37,889 nucleotides of DNA from Gaiellaceae bacterium (GCA_050697575.1 JBOGZW010000001.1:1-37889); one strand, 5' to 3'; positions 25,036-32,565 are shown, counted from the stretch's first letter. Made by a program: numbers and translations. The notes: generated by a model from the letters alone, not told the origin.

Positions 25036-26162
25036 GCTGCATGCCTCCTCTCGATTCCGGTGAGGACTTCCGCCAGTTCTTCGAGGCTGGCCAGATTGTG
25101 CCCTGACAGGAACCGGTCAACGTAGGGTAGGGCCGCCCGCATTCCTCCCGCCAGCGGCTGGTAGTCGGGATGGCCTTTGAGCGGGTTGACCCAGACGACC
25201 GCGTACGCCTGACGCGCTAGCCGCGCCATCTCGTGGCCAACCACGGCCGCGTCTTCCCGCTCCCAGCCGTCCGACACGATGACGACGACGGCGCCGCGGG
25301 TGAGGGCACGTCTCCCCCACTCGTCGTTGAACGTCTTCAGCGAGTGGCCGATCCTCGTGCCCCCGGACCAGTCGACGACCCGCTCCGCGGCCGCTCTCAG
25401 CGCCCCTTCCGGGTCGCGGATGACGATCTCGCGCGTGAGACGCGTCAATCGGGTCCCGAACGCGAACGTCTCCACGCCGCGCCCCGAGCGGGCGAGCGCG
25501 TGCAGGAAGAGGATGAGCGCGCGCGAGTACGCCTCCATCGAGCCAGACACGTCACAGAGCACGACGAGCTTCCGCGGAACGTGGACTCGGCTGCGAAACG
25601 CCCGCTCGACCGCCTCGCCGCCTGTGGCGAGCGATGCGCGCACGAGCCGCCGCATGTCGAGGTCTCGGCCGCGATGGTGTGGACGCAGACGCCGCGACTT
25701 CCGTCGTGGGCGACCCGATGCGATCGCGCAGATGAGCTTGCCGACGTTCTCGAGCTCCTCCGGTGTCATGTCTGCGAAGTCGCGCCGCCGCAGGAGCTCG
25801 TCGGGGCTGTAGCCGAGCGACGTCTGATCCTCCTTTGCCTCGCCGCCGCCCGCTTCATCCCGCTTCGTCTCCGAGGTGCGCCGCAGGAGCCGCAACGACG
25901 TGGTCTCGGTGCCCTGGCGGAACACCGGCGCGGTCGGTGCACGGAGGAACCAGGCCGCGAAGGCCGCATCGAAGGCATCGAGGTCTTCCCAGCGGGAGAC
26001 GAGCGTCTGGCGCAAGGTCCAGTACACGTCGTCGCGCCTCGAGAGATTGACGAGGTCGAGGCCGGTGAGCGCGTCGGCAAGGCGGCCCGGCCCAACCTCC
26101 AGCCCAGCCTCGCGCAGCACGCGGCCGAACGTCACGACGTGCCTCGCGACGGCGTCGGCCAT
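25032..26162 (-). CDS. VWA-domain protein, CoxE-like (Mo-hydroxylase maturation)
   Basis: 376 aa. MIDAS VVLCDVSGSM, WSGGTRIG, VVIVSDGWE. Follows the MoxR gene with a 1-nt overlap (TGATG). Confidence 0.85.
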   Translation of the reverse strand: MADAVARHVVTFGRVLREAGLEVGPGRLADALTGLDLVNLSRRDDVYWTLRQTLVSRWEDLDAFDAAFAAWFLRAPTAPVFRQGTETTSLRLLRRTSETKRDEAGGGEAKEDQTSLGYSPDELLRRRDFADMTPEELENVGKLICAIASGRPRRKSRRLRPHHRGRDLDMRRLVRASLATGGEAVERAFRSRVHVPRKLVVLCDVSGSMEAYSRALILFLHALARSGRGVETFAFGTRLTRLTREIVIRDPEGALRAAAERVVDWSGGTRIGHSLKTFNDEWGRRALTRGAVVVIVSDGWEREDAAVVGHEMARLARQAYAVVWVNPLKGHPDYQPLAGGMRAALPYVDRFLSGHNLASLEELAEVLTGIERRHAA

Positions 26163-27079
26163 CAGGTGGTCGCGGCGCGGGCCTCTTCGAGCAGGCCCTG
26201 GAGGGTCTCATCGCGCACGGCGAGCACGTCTTCGTGGTACTTGAGCACCGACCCGAGTGTCTGCTCGACGACCTCGGCGTCGAGCTCCTGCCGCCCGAGC
26301 GCCGTCAGGGCGTTCGCCCAGTCGATGGTCTCCGCCACGCCGGGAGGCTTGGCGAGGTCGAGCCCGCGAAGCCCCTGGACGAAGGCGGCGGCCTGGGCGG
26401 CGAGCCGTTCCGGCACGCCGGGAACGCGCAGTTTCACGATCGAAACCTCTCGCTCGAGCGCGGGGTGTCCGATCCAGTGGTAGAGGCAACGGCGTTTGAG
26501 CGCGTCGTGCAGCTCTCGCGTGCGGTTGGACGTGAGGACGACCGCAGGCTTGTGCTCTGCCGCGGAGATCGTCCCGATCTCGGGAATCGTGATCTGGAAG
26601 TCCGAGAGCACCTCCAGGAGGAATGCCTCGAACTCCTCGTCGGCGCGGTCGATCTCGTCGATCAGCAGCACGACCCGCTCCGGGCTCTCGATCGCCTCGA
26701 GCAGTGGTCGCCTGATGAGGAACTCGGGCCCGAACAACTCCGCCTCGGACACCGTCCCCTCCTGTGCGGCACGGATGTGCAGCAGCTGGCGCGAGTAGTT
26801 CCACTCGTAGACGGCATGCGCGACGTCGAGGCCCTCGTAGCACTGGAGCCGGATCAGCCTCGTGTCGAGGATGCGCGCGAGCGCCTTCGCGGCCTCGGTC
26901 TTGCCGACCCCCGCCTCGCCCTCGAGCAACAGCGGCTTCTCGAGCTGAAGGGACAGGAAGAGCGCCGTGGCCAGCCCGCGATCGGGCAGGTACCCGGCGT
27001 CCCGAAGGCCGCTCTCCAGCTCGTCAATGGAGGAAATCGCCACGTGCTTACTGTACGCGCTGTGCGAAAGTAAGCTCAT
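26162..27079 (-). CDS. MoxR-type AAA+ ATPase, CoxD-like
   Basis: Walker A LLEGEAGVGKT, Walker B VLLIDEIDRA, TSNRTRELHDALKRRC. The start is ambiguous: ATG 27079 (GGAG 10 nt upstream) or GTG 27043. Codons between them are atypical (TTA, CTT, AGT), so the shorter form is plausible. Confidence 0.85.
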   Translation of the reverse strand: MSLLSHSAYSKHVAISSIDELESGLRDAGYLPDRGLATALFLSLQLEKPLLLEGEAGVGKTEAAKALARILDTRLIRLQCYEGLDVAHAVYEWNYSRQLLHIRAAQEGTVSEAELFGPEFLIRRPLLEAIESPERVVLLIDEIDRADEEFEAFLLEVLSDFQITIPEIGTISAAEHKPAVVLTSNRTRELHDALKRRCLYHWIGHPALEREVSIVKLRVPGVPERLAAQAAAFVQGLRGLDLAKPPGVAETIDWANALTALGRQELDAEVVEQTLGSVLKYHEDVLAVRDETLQGLLEEARAATT

Positions 27080-27170
27080 GGCGGCTTTGCTCCACGACGA
27101 GCTCAAGGCTTTGCTCGACGCGCCGAACTTCTGGCACGTCGCGACGTGTCCATCCAGGGCACGCCGCTAG
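27078..27170 (+). pseudogene. Relic of the 5' end of a PPOX-class (pyridoxamine-5'-phosphate-oxidase-like, F420-type) gene
   Basis: The 30-codon ORF MAALLHDELKALLDAPNFWHVATCPSRARR* carries LLDAPNFxHxAT. I recognise this as the usual N-terminal signature of PPOX-class F420-dependent enzymes. Similarity stops after about 23 aa and a stop follows. Confidence 0.3.
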
Positions 27171-27226
27171 TCGATGACCGGCGCGACGTTTGACACCCGC
27201 CGGCGGCCTCCGAGAGAATCGAGGAC

Positions 27227-27997
27227 GTGACCGGGGGTACCGTGGACGTCGTGATCCCGACCACACCCGAGGAGGCTGTCCAAGCCTTCGGCGACGGCGA
27301 CGGCATTACCGTGCTGGCGGGAGGCACGATCGTCATGCCGGAGCTCACGCACGGCCGCGTGAAGCCCGGCAAAGTGCTCATGCTCGGTCGCAGCGGCCTC
27401 GACAAGATCACGCGCGAAGGAGGAACGGTGACGATCGGCGCAACAGTGCCCGTCAGCGAGCTGGAAGAGCTCGACGAGCCGCTGGCGAGCGCCGCCAGGC
27501 ACGTCGCCGACGGAGAGATCCGCGCGCAGGCGACCCTCGGCGGGAACGTCTGCGCCCCGCCCGGCAGCGACGCGCCACGCGGCGACCTCCAGGCGCCGCT
27601 GATCGCGCTCGGCGCCCGCGTCCGCTCTACGGGCACGGGCGGAGAGCGGACCGAGCCGGTCGAAGAGTTCCTCGCCGGCGGAGTCAAGGGCCGGCTCGTG
27701 CTCGACGTCTCGTACGACGAAAAGGACCGGAAGGCCGCATACGCCGCTGCCTGGCGGCCGCACACGCACCACTACTCGATCCTCGCCGTCGCCGCGACCA
27801 AGACCGACGGCGAGCTGCGAATCGCAGCGACCGGCGCGGGGCCGCATGGCGTTCGGCTAACCTCGGTCGAGCAGAGCGGCGAGGCGGCCGATGCCCTCAA
27901 CGACGTCGACCCGCCGGACGACGCCCTCGCCTCGGCCTGGTATCGCAAAACTGTCCTGCCCAAGCTCGTGACACAGGCGCTCGACGATCTCGCCTGA
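27227..27997 (+). CDS. FAD-binding subunit of a second Mo hydroxylase (CoxM/NdhF-like)
   Basis: 256 aa. GTG 27227, with GTG 27242 as an alternative. ...PTTPEEAVQAFGDGDGITVLAGGTIVMPEL..., TLGGNVC. Followed by the SD GAGGAGG and the 2Fe-2S gene. Confidence 0.85.
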   Translation: MTGGTVDVVIPTTPEEAVQAFGDGDGITVLAGGTIVMPELTHGRVKPGKVLMLGRSGLDKITREGGTVTIGATVPVSELEELDEPLASAARHVADGEIRAQATLGGNVCAPPGSDAPRGDLQAPLIALGARVRSTGTGGERTEPVEEFLAGGVKGRLVLDVSYDEKDRKAAYAAAWRPHTHHYSILAVAATKTDGELRIAATGAGPHGVRLTSVEQSGEAADALNDVDPPDDALASAWYRKTVLPKLVTQALDDLA

Positions 27998-28010
27998 GGA
28001 GGCCAACCGG

Positions 28011-28526
28011 ATGAAGCTGCACGTCAACGGAGTCGACTACGAGATCCAGTCCCCACTGCTCACACCACTCCTGCACGTCCTACGCGAGGAGCTCGGGATC
28101 ACGAGCCCGAAGGCAGGCTGCCAGCAAGGGGGATGCGGGGCGTGCACCGTGCTCGTGGACGGTGAGCCGCGGCGCTCGTGCTTGCTGCCCGTCGCTGCGA
28201 TGAACGGCGCCGGCATCACGACGCTCGAGGGCCTCGGCGTGCCGGAGCGCCTCGCGCCCGTGCAGCAGGCGTTCGTGCATCACTACGGCATGCAGTGCGG
28301 CTTCTGCACTCCCGGGATCCTCTTGGCCGCGCACGCGCACATCGAGCGCGGCGCCGGGGACGATGAGAAATCGATCGCGGAGTCCCTGGCCGGCCATGTC
28401 TGCCGCTGCACGGGGTACGTGAAGATCATGAGTGCCGTCGGTGCGGCCGTACGCGGCGAGAGCTTCGACCTGACGACGACGTCGGGGACACCTTCGACGA
28501 CGCTCGTGACGGGAGGTGCGGAATGA
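28011..28526 (+). CDS. [2Fe-2S] subunit of the second Mo hydroxylase (CoxS/NdhS-like)
   Basis: 171 aa. CQQGGCGACTV and CGFCTPG...CRCTGY. Confidence 0.92.
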   Translation: MKLHVNGVDYEIQSPLLTPLLHVLREELGITSPKAGCQQGGCGACTVLVDGEPRRSCLLPVAAMNGAGITTLEGLGVPERLAPVQQAFVHHYGMQCGFCTPGILLAAHAHIERGAGDDEKSIAESLAGHVCRCTGYVKIMSAVGAAVRGESFDLTTTSGTPSTTLVTGGAE

Positions 28527-29893
28527 AGGCTGTCGGAGCACGGCTCCCGCGCTACGACGGCGTCGCGCACGTCACGGGGCGCACGACCTTCGTCGACGAC
28601 GTGCGAGTCTCCGGGACGCTCTGGGCCAAGGCGCTGCGCTCGCCGGTGCACCACGCGGACATCACGCGTCTCGACACGTCCGCGGCTGAGGCATTGCCCG
28701 GCGTACACGCGGTGATCACGTGGGAGGACGTGCCGCTCCTCTCCTACGGGCATCTCTCTGCGCTCGGCATCCCGGAAGACGAGCCGCTGCTGGCAAAGGA
28801 GGACGTCCGCTACAAGGGCCAGCCGATCGCCGTCGTCGCAGCCGAGGACGAGGAAACGGCGATGGCGGCCGTCGACGCGATCGAGATCGACTTCTCGGAG
28901 AAGCCCGCGCTCTTCGACATCCGGCTCGGCGCGGATCCCGATGCCCCCGTCATCCACCAGTGGGGCAACTGGTATCCGCATTTCGAGGGCGAGATGGACG
29001 TCCGCCAGATCCGGAAAGGCGATGTCGACTGGGCCTTCGACCGCGCCGACGTCGTCGTCCAAGGCGTCTATAGGCCGGCCGCCATCGAGCACTGCCCGCT
29101 CGAGACGCAGGTCTGCCAGGTCGTTCCGGAGCCGGACGGCCGGCTGACGATCTACACCTGCTCGCAGGCTCTCTACTTCTCGATGGGCGTGGTGGCCGCT
29201 CACCTGCAGCTGCCACTGAGCAAGCTCAAGCTAGTCGGCGGCACCGTCGGGGGCGGCTTCGGCGGCAAGGTGGACACGGCCACGGAGACGATGACGGCGC
29301 TGCTCGCGACGAAGTCGAGCCGTCCCGTGAAGTGGCGCTGGACGCGCGAGGAGGAGTTCCTCTGCTCCTCGACGCGCGCGCCGTGGCATATGGAAATCGC
29401 CGACGCGGTGACGAGCGACGGCTGGATCCTCGGCCGCAAGATGCTCACGCTCCACGACTCGGGCGGGTACGCCCGCTTCTCGCCGTATGGCCTCACAAAG
29501 CACTCGTTCCACCACACGGGCGCGTACACGATTCCCAATCTCCACTTCGACGGCTACGTCGTGTTCACGAACCGGGTGCCAACGACTGCCATGCGGGGCT
29601 TCGGCGTCACGTCGGTTTCGTTCGCGGTCGAGACGCACATGAGCCGCATCGCGGACGTGCTCGGCATGGACCCCTTCGAGCTCCGCCTCAAGAACGCAAA
29701 CCGCATCGGCGACACGTCGCCGAACGGCATCGTCTATACCGATCCATCTACCGTCCCCACGATCCAGGCCATCGCCGATGCGGTCGGGCACGAACTGCCG
29801 GCCGACTACCGGACGATGACCCGCGACCCACGCGAAGGCGAGTGGCTTCCCGACCACCTCGCCGCACAGGTCGGCGACCCGGAGGCTCACTGA
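28523..29893 (+). CDS. Molybdopterin-binding subunit, N-terminal half (NdhL-like)
   Basis: 456 aa. ATGA overlap with the S subunit. RLPRYDGVAHVTGRTTFVDD, GGGFGGK, TNRVPTTAMRGFGVTSVSF. It ends where single-chain large subunits continue into the second MPT-binding half. Confidence 0.9.
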   Translation: MKAVGARLPRYDGVAHVTGRTTFVDDVRVSGTLWAKALRSPVHHADITRLDTSAAEALPGVHAVITWEDVPLLSYGHLSALGIPEDEPLLAKEDVRYKGQPIAVVAAEDEETAMAAVDAIEIDFSEKPALFDIRLGADPDAPVIHQWGNWYPHFEGEMDVRQIRKGDVDWAFDRADVVVQGVYRPAAIEHCPLETQVCQVVPEPDGRLTIYTCSQALYFSMGVVAAHLQLPLSKLKLVGGTVGGGFGGKVDTATETMTALLATKSSRPVKWRWTREEEFLCSSTRAPWHMEIADAVTSDGWILGRKMLTLHDSGGYARFSPYGLTKHSFHHTGAYTIPNLHFDGYVVFTNRVPTTAMRGFGVTSVSFAVETHMSRIADVLGMDPFELRLKNANRIGDTSPNGIVYTDPSTVPTIQAIADAVGHELPADYRTMTRDPREGEWLPDHLAAQVGDPEAH

Positions 29894-31008
29894 TGGCCAA
29901 GCACACTGGCAGGGGCTACTCAGCGATCGAGTACCCGACGGGCATGAACCAGAACGGCGACCCGTCGCAGGCGTGGATCAAGATCAAGCCGGACGGGCGC
30001 GTCGACGTCTTCTCCGGCACGGCCGACATCGGCAACGGCTCGAAGACGATCCAGACGCAGATCGTCGCCGAGACGCTCGGCGTCCCCTACGACTGGATCA
30101 CGTACGACAATTCGAACACCGACTCGTCGCCGCTCTGCACGGGGACCTTCGCGTCGCGCGCGACCTTCGTCGCCGGCAACGCCGTTCGCAAGGCGGCACT
30201 GAACGCGCGTGAGAAGCTGCTCGAGATCGCCGGTAAGGAGCTGGAGATCGACCCCGCCGACCTCGAGGTCGTCGACGGCGAGGTGATCGCGAAGGGCGCT
30301 CCGCAGAAGAAGATCTCCGTCCCGGAAGTGGCCGGCGCCGCGACGTGGACGTACGGCGAGCTGATCACCGGGACAGGCGCGCAGCTGAAGCCGTACGCAG
30401 CCATCGCCGATCCCGAGACGGGCCAGGTGGACCTCCCTCCGCACTCCGCGATCTCCTATGCCGCGTGTGCGGCCGAGGTGGAGGTGGACGACAATACGGG
30501 CGAGGTGCTCGTGAAGCAGCTGTGGCAGTGCTTCGACGTGGGCCGCGCCATCAATCCGACGCTCGTCGAGGGGCAGATCGAGGGCGGCGCGATCCAGGGG
30601 CTTGGGCTCGCAGTGCTCGAGAACTGCTACCCGTACTACCCGAGCGTCGAGCACCGCGGGGCCGAGTTCGGCTCGTATCCCGCACCCGGGATCGAGAACT
30701 TGCCGAAGGTCACCACGATCCTCATCGAGAACCCGTCCGCGGACGGTCCGTACGGCGCGAAGGGCTGTAGCGAGATGGCGAACAACCCGCAGCCGCCGGC
30801 CATCGCGGCGGCCGTCTACGACGCCGTAGGCGTCTGGGTGACGGAGCTGCCGATCACGCCCGAGCGCGTGCTCAGGGCGCTCGAGCGGAAGGCTGCCGGC
30901 GAGAACGGCCCCAGACGCGAGGGGAAGGTAGTCGTGTTCGACGAGGAGCTCTCGGTGAACGCGGTCGCCCACGCAGACAGCAGGTTCCGCTTCGAAGTCC
31001 CGGCGTGA
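29893..31008 (+). CDS. Molybdopterin-binding subunit, C-terminal half (NdhM-like)
   Basis: ATG 29893 inside ORF 29332..31008, with a 1-nt overlap of the preceding stop (TGATG). GRGYSAIEYPTG, DIGNGSKTIQTQIVAE, DVGRAINPTLVEGQIEGG, PYGAKGCSEMAN. 371 aa. Confidence 0.9.
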   Translation: MAKHTGRGYSAIEYPTGMNQNGDPSQAWIKIKPDGRVDVFSGTADIGNGSKTIQTQIVAETLGVPYDWITYDNSNTDSSPLCTGTFASRATFVAGNAVRKAALNAREKLLEIAGKELEIDPADLEVVDGEVIAKGAPQKKISVPEVAGAATWTYGELITGTGAQLKPYAAIADPETGQVDLPPHSAISYAACAAEVEVDDNTGEVLVKQLWQCFDVGRAINPTLVEGQIEGGAIQGLGLAVLENCYPYYPSVEHRGAEFGSYPAPGIENLPKVTTILIENPSADGPYGAKGCSEMANNPQPPAIAAAVYDAVGVWVTELPITPERVLRALERKAAGENGPRREGKVVVFDEELSVNAVAHADSRFRFEVPA

Positions 31009-31031
31009 GTCGCTCGCCTTTGGCTCGCTCC

Positions 31032-31058
31032 CGTGGGGGAAACCATGTTTCCCCCACG
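31032..31058 (+). terminator. Perfect 12-bp stem / 3-nt loop hairpin 24 nt after the Mo-subunit stop (I-shaped terminator candidate)
   Basis: CGTGGGGGAAAC-CAT-GTTTCCCCCACG, followed by TGCCCCCTTCTTCC (no clean U-tract). Confidence 0.45.
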
Positions 31059-31087
31059 TGCCCCCTTCTTCCAGAAGCCGATCTTGC

Positions 31088-31110
31088 TGGGGGAATCTCC
31101 CGGTTCCCCA
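31088..31110 (+). repeat. Degenerate second copy of the G5/C5 hairpin
   Basis: TGGGGGAATCTCCCGGTTCCCCA resembles the 31032 hairpin (GTGGGGGAAAC...GTTTCCCCCAC), but with only about 7 pairs including a G-U. Confidence 0.3.
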
Positions 31111-31122
31111 CGGCCCCTCCCC

Positions 31123-31149
31123 CTCACGGGCCAGTGACTGGCCCGTGAG
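31123..31149 (+). promoter_or_regulatory. Perfect 12-bp stem / 3-nt loop hairpin that contains the proposed GTG start of the downstream cupin gene
   Basis: CTCACGGGCCAG-TGA-CTGGCCCGTGAG. GTG 31145..31147 lies in the 3' arm. Confidence 0.35.
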
Positions 31150-31534
31150 CTCGCCGTTCCGCTCGTGGTCCGACCGCGAGCCGTATCGGATCTTCCCCAC
31201 GGTCGAGATCCACGCGATCGGCGGAGACCAGGTGCTCCTGTGTCGCGTGGTCTACGAGCCCGGCACGACGGTTCCGCGGCACGCCCACGAGCACACGGAG
31301 CAAGTGATGGTCATCCTCGAGGGTGACGTGACGATGACGATCGGCGACGAGACGCGAGAGCTCGGCCGGGGCGACGTGGTGGTCGTCAACCGTGGCGTCG
31401 ACCACGAGCTCCATTCGAAAGGCGGGCTCGTCTTCTTCGAGGCGCTCGCTCCCGTGCCGCTCGACCACGTGCCCGATCGCGAGCGCGACCTCGTCCTCGG
31501 GGCCGACGCGGGCTCCGGCCATGTCGACCGGTAG
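31145..31534 (+). CDS. Cupin-domain protein
   Basis: Frame of ORF 31058..31534. GTG 31145 is the first start downstream of the hairpins. Cupin motif PRHAHEHTEQVMVILEGDV...GVDHEL. 129 aa. The start is uncertain. Confidence 0.65.
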   Translation: MSSPFRSWSDREPYRIFPTVEIHAIGGDQVLLCRVVYEPGTTVPRHAHEHTEQVMVILEGDVTMTIGDETRELGRGDVVVVNRGVDHELHSKGGLVFFEALAPVPLDHVPDRERDLVLGADAGSGHVDR

Positions 31535-31538
31535 GCCG

Positions 31539-31961
31539 ATGGAAGTCACCCTCCTGCTCTGCGACTTCGCCGAGGCCGTCAACGGGAAGCTCTACGTCAT
31601 GGGCGGGGGCTGGAACATCCTGTTCGCGCCCGGGCAGCCGGTGACGATGTCGGTCGCCGCGGTCATCGCCGTGCCCTGGGACCGGACCAACCAGCAGCAC
31701 GACCTCTCGCTCGCGCTCCTTACTGACGACGGCGCCGCCGTCGAGATCGAGGGACAGGCGGTCGAGGTGACGGGCGAGTTCGAGCTGGGACGCCCGCCGG
31801 GGATCAAGCCCGGCAGCTCGCTCAACGCGCCGTTCGTGTGGACGTTCGCAGGCCTCGTGCTGGACGCGGGCGGCTACGAGTGGAAGCTGAGGGTCGGCGG
31901 CGAGCCCGTCGCGAGTCGGCCCTTCACCGTCGCTCACCCGCCCGGCTACACAGCCGAGTGA
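31539..31961 (+). CDS. Hypothetical protein (conserved-looking, beta-rich; MEVTLLLCDFAEAVNGKLYVMGGGW N-terminus)
   Basis: Frame of ORF 31392..31961. ATG 31539 lies 4 nt after the cupin stop; ATG 31521 is an alternative. High GC3 and balanced composition. I cannot name a family with confidence. Confidence 0.55.
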   Translation: MEVTLLLCDFAEAVNGKLYVMGGGWNILFAPGQPVTMSVAAVIAVPWDRTNQQHDLSLALLTDDGAAVEIEGQAVEVTGEFELGRPPGIKPGSSLNAPFVWTFAGLVLDAGGYEWKLRVGGEPVASRPFTVAHPPGYTAE

Positions 31962-32356
31962 TCGTCGCGATGCACGTCGCCGCAGGTGCGGCGGTCGGCG
32001 CGCTCACCGGCTCGCGAGCGGTTGCGGTGGCAGCGGGGCTAGTGCTCCACGCGGTCCAGGACGCGGTGCCGCACGAGGACATCCCATCGCGCCACTTCGA
32101 GGCGGCCTCCGGCGTGCTGCTGCTCGCCGTGCTTGCGCGCCGGCGCGGGCTGCTCGACCCGGCGGTTCTCGGAGGTGCGTTCTGCGCGGCGCCCGACCTC
32201 GAGCACGTGCTGCCCTTGCCCCGGCCGGGCGGCCGCGAGCTCTATCCCTCCCACCGCGTGGAAGGCTGGCACCGCGAAGGGCACCTCCCCGCATGGGCGC
32301 AGCTCGCCGCGGCAGGCGCTATCGTCGCCGCTCTGGCACGAAGACGAGAGGAGTAG
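31958..32356 (+). CDS. Hypothetical small membrane protein with conserved-looking His/Asp residues
   Basis: GTG 31958 overlaps the preceding stop (GTGA); ATG 31970 is an alternative. Hydrophobic segments HVAAGAAVGALTG..AVAAGLVLHAVQDAVPHED..., SGVLLLAVLA, AQLAAAGAIVAALA. Distantly reminiscent of membrane-bound metal-dependent hydrolases (unverified). Confidence 0.45.
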   Translation: MIVAMHVAAGAAVGALTGSRAVAVAAGLVLHAVQDAVPHEDIPSRHFEAASGVLLLAVLARRRGLLDPAVLGGAFCAAPDLEHVLPLPRPGGRELYPSHRVEGWHREGHLPAWAQLAAAGAIVAALARRREE

Positions 32357-32358
32357 CG

Positions 32359-32565
32359 ATGCCGCTGATCAGGGTCGAGCTGTTCGACTTTCGGATGAAC
32401 GACGAGACGAGCGCGAAGCTCATCGCCGGCCTCACGGACGCGCTCTGCGAAGCGACGACCGAGGGTCTCAGAGAGCACACGTGGGTGATAGTCGAGGGTC
32501 ACTCGCCGAAGAACTGGGGGTTTGGCGGCGTGCCCTGGCCTATTGAGAAGACGCCCCCCGGCTAA
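32359..32565 (+). CDS. 4-oxalocrotonate-tautomerase-family protein (Pro-1 tautomerase)
   Basis: ATG 32359, preceded by GAGAGGAG. MPLIRVELFDFRMNDETSAKLIAGLTDALCEAT...VIVEGHSPKNWGFGG fits the 4-OT pattern with catalytic Pro after the initiator Met. 68 aa. Confidence 0.78.
   Translation: MPLIRVELFDFRMNDETSAKLIAGLTDALCEATTEGLREHTWVIVEGHSPKNWGFGGVPWPIEKTPPG

Noticed and set aside
29891-29895. Treating the L/M split of the second hydroxylase as an obvious frameshift pseudogene.
   Set aside because: The junction is a clean TGATG with a proper ATG. Both halves are full length with intact motifs, and there is a characterised precedent for a split. It is kept as a real split, but flagged for checking.
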